Assembly (NCBI RefSeq): GCF_001517545.1
Contig: NZ_FBYA01000001.1
Span: forward strand, 764,976-796,975
Source of the DNA: Limnohabitans sp. Rim47
Lineage (GTDB): Bacteria; Pseudomonadota; Gammaproteobacteria; Burkholderiales; Burkholderiaceae_C
Direction of reading: 5' to 3'
DNA length: 32,000 nucleotides
The notes under the pieces are model-generated. The model had not been told where the DNA came from, searched no databases, and saw only the letters and a program-made list of their open reading frames with translations. This document shows positions 21,813 through 27,541 of the stretch, in pieces; positions within the stretch are counted from its first letter, which is position 1, and every line of letters starts with the position of its first letter. The translations under genes and the position numbers were made by a program.

Positions 21813-22247
21813 TTAAGCATTCCTGTCCCAGTGACGCTTGCGGTTGATGGTTGAAAGCATAGAAATATGCTTAATGGCGTAGCTATGTCTAAAACAAAAA
21901 TCAAACAAGCAATCAAACACACAAACAATGAAACTTAACTAAAGTACTAGAGCAAACACTCAAACAATGAGCAGTACACATCATATTTGAACAGCTATAA
22001 AGCAAATCAAAAGCAGTAGGGCAGAACTGACACGCTAAAACAAGCTACAAACGCTTAAAAGCACTGAGCGAAGCATTGGGTAGCTGGCACAGTGAAAAAC
22101 AGCGTGTAGGGCTTGTACAGCGTAAGCAGGCTTGGTCGCAAAAATCCCACATTAAAACCAATAAATAAAGAACCAAAGCTTTTATGTATTAGCTTTGGTT
22201 TTTTCGCATTCACACGCTAAGTCGTTGAAATCATTAAGGAAAACAAC
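21813..22247 (+). other. ORF-free 435-nt region with an A/C-rich + strand: candidate replication origin and/or about 330-nt ncRNA
   Basis: The track shows no ORF of 60 aa or more on either strand. Repeats are AATCAAACA x2 (21899, 21911), CAAACA x5 and CAAACAATGA x2 (21922, 21961). Nested stems are 22030-22036/22101-22107 and 22043-22048/22080-22085. A candidate promoter is TTGATG-16 nt-TATGCT (21844-21871), and a terminator lies at 22171-22204. Confidence 0.45.
22171..22204 (+). terminator. Rho-independent terminator
   Basis: A perfect 10-bp stem AACCAAAGCT (22171-22180) pairs with AGCTTTGGTT (22191-22200) around a 10-nt loop, followed by a T-run ending at 22204. Confidence 0.7.
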
Positions 22248-22337
22248 TTGAACCAACAAAGCCAAAAACAGGTAGGAATTAAGAAACAAAGAATTTATGC
22301 TTTAGACATTGAAAAGCTTACATTTAGGAGAGCACTT

Positions 22338-22913
22338 ATGTCCAAGCAAGCAAAAACACTTTCAGCACAAGAAATCCGTCGTGTGCTGGACTACGTAGCA
22401 ACACGCAAGCACAGCGAGCGTAATCGTGCGATGTTGTTGACGATGTACTACGCAGGACTGCGTGTTAAGGAGTGCGCGGCTTTGCGCTATGAAGACGTAA
22501 TTGACGGGGAGGGCAAGATTAGGGCTGAAATCCGCTTAACGCCAGAACAGACAAAGGGCAGCAAAGCAGGGACGGTATTTGTCAGCGACAAGCTACGCAA
22601 AGAACTTCAAGCGTATGTTAAATCAGTGCCGCCAAAGGCACCCACAGACAAACTGTTCTATTCACAAAAGCGTCCGCAAGATGGATGGAACAGCAACACG
22701 CTTTGCCAATTCTTCCATCACTTGTTTAAAAGTGTAGGCATTGAGGGTGCGTCAAGCCACAGCCCAAGACGCACGCTAATCACCAATTTGGCAGACAAAG
22801 GCGTCAGCGTTAGGGTGTTACAAAGCATCGCAAGGCACGCGAATATCTCAACTACACAGGCTTACATAGACGTTAACGATGCAATGAAGCGCAAGGCGAT
22901 TGAGTTAGTTTAA
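22338..22913 (+). CDS. Small tyrosine recombinase with only the catalytic domain (191 aa, FimB/FimE-sized)
   Basis: The ATG at 22338 follows TAGGAGAG. A full catalytic set is present: GLRVKE (Arg), TKGSKAG (Lys), HSPRRT (HxxR), ARHANISTTQAY (His and Tyr). There is no N-terminal arm-binding or core-binding extension. Confidence 0.85.
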   Translation: MSKQAKTLSAQEIRRVLDYVATRKHSERNRAMLLTMYYAGLRVKECAALRYEDVIDGEGKIRAEIRLTPEQTKGSKAGTVFVSDKLRKELQAYVKSVPPKAPTDKLFYSQKRPQDGWNSNTLCQFFHHLFKSVGIEGASSHSPRRTLITNLADKGVSVRVLQSIARHANISTTQAYIDVNDAMKRKAIELV

Positions 22914-23327
22914 TAAGTCAATCTTCTTTAGTTTAATTCCAATAAATTCACTGATGTCGCGGACATATTGAGCACGAGTAAGTTCATCCATTTTTCCGTA
23001 AGGATATTTAGAATTTACTGTTGCTTCAGCTTCTTTAAAATCCAAAAACATAAATGCCACATCTGGGTGCCATTTGTGTCCATTTTTAAGAACTTGAAGC
23101 ATCACCTCTTGTCCGTCAGTTAATTTTTCATAGTCTGAATCAGGCAGTCGATAAAATTTAATTTTTTTAGAGACTGTTTTGTTGTAATAGCCACGTTCAA
23201 CACAAATTTCCCTGATTAGTTCAGTGAATTCTTTATTGAATGTATCAGGCGTAAATCCAAGATATGAGGTTATGTCTTGTTCACTCATGCGTGAACCTAT
23301 AACTGTTGCTTGTTGTGCCTTAATCAT
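22905..23327 (-). CDS. Hypothetical protein (140 aa)
   Basis: The ORF is convergent with the small recombinase gene and overlaps it by 9 nt. It lies downstream of the 75-aa H-NS-like ORF on the same strand. I recognised no motif. Confidence 0.45.
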   Translation of the reverse strand: MIKAQQATVIGSRMSEQDITSYLGFTPDTFNKEFTELIREICVERGYYNKTVSKKIKFYRLPDSDYEKLTDGQEVMLQVLKNGHKWHPDVAFMFLDFKEAEATVNSKYPYGKMDELTRAQYVRDISEFIGIKLKKIDLLN

Positions 23328-23344
23328 AGCTAATTAAGCAATTA

Positions 23345-23572
23345 TTATTTTGCAGTTTTCTTAGCCGTCGTCTTCTTCGCCGCACGTGTACCGTTGGGGC
23401 TACGCTTAGCACGTGTTGCAAGCACACCTTTGAAGTCTGACGTTTTGAAGCCATAGAGCTTGATGTCAGCTTTCATCTTCGCAAGAACATTGGCACGTTC
23501 TGCGCTGATGGCAGAGGCACGTTCCGCTTCCAGCTTGGCGATTTGTGCGTTGATTTCGTCTACACGTGACAT
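23345..23572 (-). CDS. Small coiled-coil protein resembling the N-terminal oligomerisation half of Burkholderiales H-NS-like proteins, with a Lys-rich tail (75 aa)
   Basis: The ATG at 23572 follows AAGGAG. INAQIAKLEAERASAISAERANVLAKMKADIKLYGFKTSDFKG resembles the coiled-coil plus 'xEYGLTxEDL' segment of Bv3F-type H-NS proteins. The protein ends in RAAKKTTAKKTAK and lacks the C-terminal TWxGRG DNA-binding motif. Confidence 0.45.
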   Translation of the reverse strand: MSRVDEINAQIAKLEAERASAISAERANVLAKMKADIKLYGFKTSDFKGVLATRAKRSPNGTRAAKKTTAKKTAK

Positions 23573-23661
23573 TGAGGACTCCTTAGGTGCTGAGATTGAC
23601 AATTGCTAACTCCTCTCATATCATAGAAGCAACCAACCTACATGTCAAAACGGCTGCTGTT

Positions 23662-24240
23662 ATGCTCAAATTTAAGTCTCATCTAACCTTTCTCATTGTC
23701 TATCTTTGTGCTTTCGCAAGTACCTCCGTATTAGGACAAGATAAAATTTACCTTCGTTGTGAAGGTGCCGCTAAGGTTGGTCCATCTGTTAATATAAACA
23801 TCACTAAAAATGAGAGCGATAAATTCTTTAAAATAAAGCCCATGACGTTAATTGTTACAATAGCTGACGGATTTATTACGGTTAATAATGATTATGAGTT
23901 TAAAAACATACCTTCTGTTTTTTCTGATCCAAGCAACGATCATTTGTTTGAGTATGGTGGTTTAGAGGTAAAGGATACATATTATCGTGGTAGCTACACA
24001 CGTGAACGCTATAAGAAGTTCAAAGATGATGAAAAATACTCAATTGAACGAAGCTTATATTCTTATACACGAAGGTTTATAGTGCTCGATAGAGTTGATG
24101 GAAGTTTTTCTTGGCATCATACAATATATGGCTTTAGTAGCTGGATTAACGATTTGTTGCCTTCCAGAGTTCGCGATATGTATGTAAATCTTGAGATTGA
24201 AGGCAAGTGTGTTAAAGAGGCAAAGAAAATTTTATTTTGA
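23662..24240 (+). CDS. Secreted hypothetical protein (192 aa)
   Basis: The internal ATG at 23662 gives a signal-peptide-like N-terminus, MLKFKSHLTFLIVYLCAFASTSVLGQ. Composition is AT-rich. I recognised no domain. Confidence 0.5.
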   Translation: MLKFKSHLTFLIVYLCAFASTSVLGQDKIYLRCEGAAKVGPSVNINITKNESDKFFKIKPMTLIVTIADGFITVNNDYEFKNIPSVFSDPSNDHLFEYGGLEVKDTYYRGSYTRERYKKFKDDEKYSIERSLYSYTRRFIVLDRVDGSFSWHHTIYGFSSWINDLLPSRVRDMYVNLEIEGKCVKEAKKILF

Positions 24241-24246
24241 TTTACT

Positions 24247-24495
24247 ATGACACATATTTTAGGTGCCGTCACATGGAATAAAGCAATTTTTTATGGTTTT
24301 TACATCAAAGATAATGAAATTATCTTGTTGCTTGATGATGGAACTTACAGGAGAATGAAACTAATTAATTGGGAAGATTCATATCCTCTAACCTTGAAAA
24401 ATTTATTTTTATTAAAATCAGGTGATTCCATCCAGTATGGAACTTGGAATGGTTATGAGTCAAAAATTTGGTTTTGTGATGTGAGGCGAATTTGA
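24247..24495 (+). CDS. Hypothetical protein (82 aa)
   Basis: The ORF starts 7 nt after the preceding gene, on the same strand, and is the last island ORF. I recognised no motif. Confidence 0.4.
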   Translation: MTHILGAVTWNKAIFYGFYIKDNEIILLLDDGTYRRMKLINWEDSYPLTLKNLFLLKSGDSIQYGTWNGYESKIWFCDVRRI

Positions 24496-24668
24496 CTTTT
24501 ATAATTGCTACACATTGTGTATCCAAATTTTTGCTTAAGCCTTGATTTTCAATACTTTAAGCAAGCCTTATCTACTTCCTGAATGCCCTCAAACTCACAC
24601 AAAACTTACACACGCAAAATCAGTCCATGCAAGCTATTGATTTTATTAGGGTTTTTACCTGTGTATGT

Positions 24669-24688
24669 ATTGAGTGGGAATGAGTTTT
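24669..24688 (+). repeat. attR core: ATTGAGTGGGAATGAGTTTT, a non-functional second copy of the guaA terminal codons (I-E-W-E-stop)
   Basis: It matches 17736-17755 at 17/20. The synonymous differences (ATC to ATT, GAG to GAA) follow island-type AT-rich codon usage. Confidence 0.6.
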
Positions 24689-24827
24689 TAAACCTTTAGT
24701 AGCTAGAAAGCGCATTTTTTTGCGCTTAGCTTCAGATCCGAATCACACGATCTTTTTGTAATAGTTGAACGCCGGAATTGCGCTATTTGTTGGTAATAAA
24801 ATACGCATTTCCCCGTTTGGCTTGGGC

Positions 24828-25160
24828 ATGAATCGTTTGGCGTGTTTTCTATTGAGTTTTGCATCCTCTTTGGTGTGTGCTCAGCCGCGCGACTTGTTGT
24901 TGGACTTCTCGGTTGTCGTCCCGCCCGAAGTTGACAAACAACAGATCGTGCAGCCGCAGCTTCATTGGCTGATCAAGCCAAACGCCCCTGAGCATTGCGA
25001 GCAAATCAAAGGCCACGACGGTTTTGCGGTCTGGCAAGAGGGCTGCGTTTTCTGGACTCGTGTGCCAGCAACTTGCACGATTGTGACCACCGGGCGCACG
25101 ACCCATTCACAGATAGGTCGTTTGTTTTTGTTGTGTTTGAGCGCAGGAGAGCCTGCATGA
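24828..25160 (+). CDS. Small secreted Cys-containing protein, paralog A (110 aa)
   Basis: The ATG at 24828 gives the signal peptide MNRLACFLLSFASSLVCAQP. The gene is high-GC and host-like. Its C-terminal half aligns with the next ORF (C..I.G...W...CT[IV][VI]T). Confidence 0.5.
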   Translation: MNRLACFLLSFASSLVCAQPRDLLLDFSVVVPPEVDKQQIVQPQLHWLIKPNAPEHCEQIKGHDGFAVWQEGCVFWTRVPATCTIVTTGRTTHSQIGRLFLLCLSAGEPA

Positions 25161-25564
25161 TTTGCTCACGGTGTTGTTGGATCAGCATGGTTTTTTTGGG
25201 TGGCTTATTTGCTTTGATGCCGCCTGTCTTGCTGGCCCAAACTCAGGACGTCAATCAGTTGCCGGGTGCCATCTTGTTGCGCAAATTTCTTCCGCCCATG
25301 GTGGATCGCATGCGTTTTGAGCCATTGCTGCCAGAGCAGCGCATGCTCAATGAGCCCAAAGTAAAACTCTTGGTCCGCAAGGATGGCTATGAATTTTGCT
25401 CACGCATCACAGGGGTCCCGATCAGTCCTGCCTCTCGTCCCATGGCCTGTGCATACTGGAACGTCTTACGCAAAGAGTGCACGGTCATCACGCCCGAAGT
25501 GACGGGCTATAACTATGTAGGGCACGAAGTCCGTCATTGCTTTGAGGGGGCTTTTCATGATTGA
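25157..25564 (+). CDS. Small secreted protein, paralog B, with C-terminal HExxH (135 aa)
   Basis: The start overlaps the paralog A stop (ATGA at 25157-25160). A hydrophobic N-terminus (ISMVFLGGLFALMPPVLLAQ) is present. The protein ends in GHEVRHCFEGAFHD. Confidence 0.5.
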   Translation: MICSRCCWISMVFLGGLFALMPPVLLAQTQDVNQLPGAILLRKFLPPMVDRMRFEPLLPEQRMLNEPKVKLLVRKDGYEFCSRITGVPISPASRPMACAYWNVLRKECTVITPEVTGYNYVGHEVRHCFEGAFHD

Positions 25565-26384
25565 TTCATGTGCGCCTCCAATGTCTCGAGAGTCTGTCAA
25601 TCGAAGGCGTGAATGGCTGAAAAAGGCCTTGCTTTTGGCCTGTTCGGGCAGGTTGTTGGCGGCCCAGGCGCAAGACAAACCGCTCATGCGCGTGGGTTTT
25701 ATTGCCCGCTATCAGCCGTATAGTTTTTTGCAGACCGATGGTGGTTTGACGGGTTTTGATGTGGAGGTGGTCAGTTTGTTGCTGAGCGCATCAGGCCTTG
25801 CCATGGTGCCAGTGACCGATACCTTGACCAACTTGCGCAAAAAACTGCAAAGCGGCGACATTGACTTTATTGGAAATCAACTGCTGGTTACGCCAGAAAA
25901 TCGGCGCTATTTTGATTTTATAAAGTCTTATGCCACGATTCAGTTGGTGAGTGTGCTGCATGAGAACGATGAGCGCGATCTGATGAGTCTCGATGATTTT
26001 TTGGGAAAGAAGCTGGGTGTGCTGGCCAACACCGGCATTGCTGCCCAAGCCCGAGGGGCTCTGGGTCATTCAGTGCAGACTTTTGAGCGCATTGAAGATG
26101 CTTTTCGTGCATTGGCTGATCGCAAACTCGATGCTGTACTTGAAGAAAACCTGATTGCCGATTACCACATAGAAAAAGGCAACTTGCCGCTCAAGGTGGG
26201 CGCTCCTTTTGCGGCGCCCCTTCGTGTGGGCCTGGCTGTTGCAAAAGGCAATAAGGGCCTTGAACAGCGCTTGTCCTTGGGTGTACAAACCCTCGTCAAC
26301 GACAAAAACTTCAAAGCGATTTCGATGCGCTGGTTTGGTTACGATGTCAGCCGGCCCAGGGTGTCTCACGCCTCTGGAAATTAA
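25557..26384 (+). CDS. Periplasmic substrate-binding protein, family 3 (amino-acid-binding-like), with no adjacent cognate permease or ATPase
   Basis: A signal-like ALLLACSGRLLAAQAQ segment is followed by LMRVGFIARYQPYSF...GFDVE...DFIGNQL...YF, typical of SBP_bac_3. An alternative start lies at 25581. Confidence 0.75.
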   Translation: MIDSCAPPMSRESVNRRREWLKKALLLACSGRLLAAQAQDKPLMRVGFIARYQPYSFLQTDGGLTGFDVEVVSLLLSASGLAMVPVTDTLTNLRKKLQSGDIDFIGNQLLVTPENRRYFDFIKSYATIQLVSVLHENDERDLMSLDDFLGKKLGVLANTGIAAQARGALGHSVQTFERIEDAFRALADRKLDAVLEENLIADYHIEKGNLPLKVGAPFAAPLRVGLAVAKGNKGLEQRLSLGVQTLVNDKNFKAISMRWFGYDVSRPRVSHASGN

Positions 26385-26505
26385 ATCGTTTGACGCGGCC
26401 GGCAGTGTCTGGATTGTGCAATGCCCGCGTTGACATCCGGGTGTTTCTACTCTCTGTCTACCTGCGTTTTACCTGCACAATGTTTTGATCTTGAAGGAAA
26501 CTTTT

Positions 26506-27528
26506 ATGAGCTTGTTTAAATTAGTCCCCTTGTTGGCCGTTTTGGTGAGCAGTGCCCAAGTGCAGGCACAAAACCGTGAAGTCAACATCATCTGTTCCGC
26601 CCAAGCCGCCTGGTGCAGCATGATCGCTGTCACATTTGAAAAGAGCCAGGGCATCAAAGTCAATATGACGGCCAAGGGCTCGGGCGAGGCCATTGCGCAA
26701 TTGACCGCTGAAAAGGCCAATCCCAAGACCGACATCTGGTTTGGTGGCACGGGCGATCCGCACTTGCAGGCCGCCGAGCAAAACCTGAGCCTCGAATACA
26801 AGTCGCCCACACTGCCCAAATTGCATGACTGGGCGCAAAAGCAGGCTGCACAATCGGGCTTCAAAACAGTGGGCATTTATTCTGGCCCCTTGGGTTTTGG
26901 CTACAACACCGAATTGCTGGCCAAGAAAAAAATGCCGGTGCCCAAGACTTGGGGTGATCTGCTTAAACCTGAATACAAAGGCGAAATTCAGTCGGCCAAC
27001 CCGGCCTCAAGCGGCACGGCTTACACCATGATCGCTACGCTGGTTCAACTCATGGGCGAAGAAAAAGCCTTTGAATACCTCAAGAACCTGCACAAGAACA
27101 TTGGCACCTACACCCGCTCGGGCACTGGCCCCATCAAGGCCGTGGCACGGGGCGAGACGGCTGTGTCGATCAGCTTTGTGCATGACGGCCCAGGCGAAAA
27201 AGCCCAAGGTTTTCCCATTGAAACCATTACCCCGGCCGATGGTACGGGGGCCGAGATTGGCTCCATGTCCATCGTGCGCGGCAGCCGCAATCTGGAAGCC
27301 GCTAAGAGGTTTTACGAGTGGGCCTTGACGCCGGCAGCACAAGAGTTGGCCGCAGCGACCTTGCAATTTCAGTTGCCGTCCAACAAGGCGGCCAAGGTCG
27401 ATCCGCGTGTGCCGGACTTCCGCAAAATCAAAATGATCGACTACGACTACGCCAAATATGGCCAGACGGCAGAGCGCAAGCGCTTGATTCAGCGTTGGGA
27501 AAAAGACGTCAACACTCTGCCGCGTTGA
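26506..27528 (+). CDS. ABC transporter periplasmic substrate-binding protein, family 1 (Fe(3+)/FbpA-like or 2-aminoethylphosphonate-type)
   Basis: The ATG at 26506 follows AAGGAA. A signal peptide MSLFKLVPLLAVLVSSAQVQAQ is present, along with GSGEA...WFGGTGDP...ANPASSGTAYT, typical of this SBP class. Confidence 0.8.
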   Translation: MSLFKLVPLLAVLVSSAQVQAQNREVNIICSAQAAWCSMIAVTFEKSQGIKVNMTAKGSGEAIAQLTAEKANPKTDIWFGGTGDPHLQAAEQNLSLEYKSPTLPKLHDWAQKQAAQSGFKTVGIYSGPLGFGYNTELLAKKKMPVPKTWGDLLKPEYKGEIQSANPASSGTAYTMIATLVQLMGEEKAFEYLKNLHKNIGTYTRSGTGPIKAVARGETAVSISFVHDGPGEKAQGFPIETITPADGTGAEIGSMSIVRGSRNLEAAKRFYEWALTPAAQELAAATLQFQLPSNKAAKVDPRVPDFRKIKMIDYDYAKYGQTAERKRLIQRWEKDVNTLPR

Positions 27529-27541
27529 GTGAGAAACTGAG

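Larger units (their letters stand above)
17736..24688. mobile_element. About 6.95-kb low-GC integrative island inserted at the 3' end of guaA
   Basis: G+C drops abruptly and codon usage shifts right after the guaA stop. A tyrosine integrase gene sits next to guaA. A 17/20 direct repeat (17736-17755 and 24669-24688) covers the last guaA codons. Confidence 0.8.

Noticed and set aside
21890-21975. Whether the short CAAACA/AATCAAACA repeats could be a CRISPR array or a tandem-repeat locus.
   Set aside because: The repeat units are only 6-10 nt, irregularly spaced and without spacer structure, and no cas genes are present. They were treated as iteron-like or low-complexity sequence instead.
24531-24564. 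An AT-rich hairpin TTGCTTAA...TTAAGCAA after the last island ORF.
   Set aside because: It has an 8-bp A/T-rich stem with an 18-nt loop and no following T-tract. That is too weak to call a terminator or structured RNA.
26413-26481. An 8-bp inverted repeat ATTGTGCA/TGCACAAT upstream of the Fe(3+)-type ABC operon, considered as a Fur-box-like operator.
   Set aside because: The half-sites are about 55 nt apart and do not resemble the GATAATGATAATCATTATC Fur consensus. This is likely chance.
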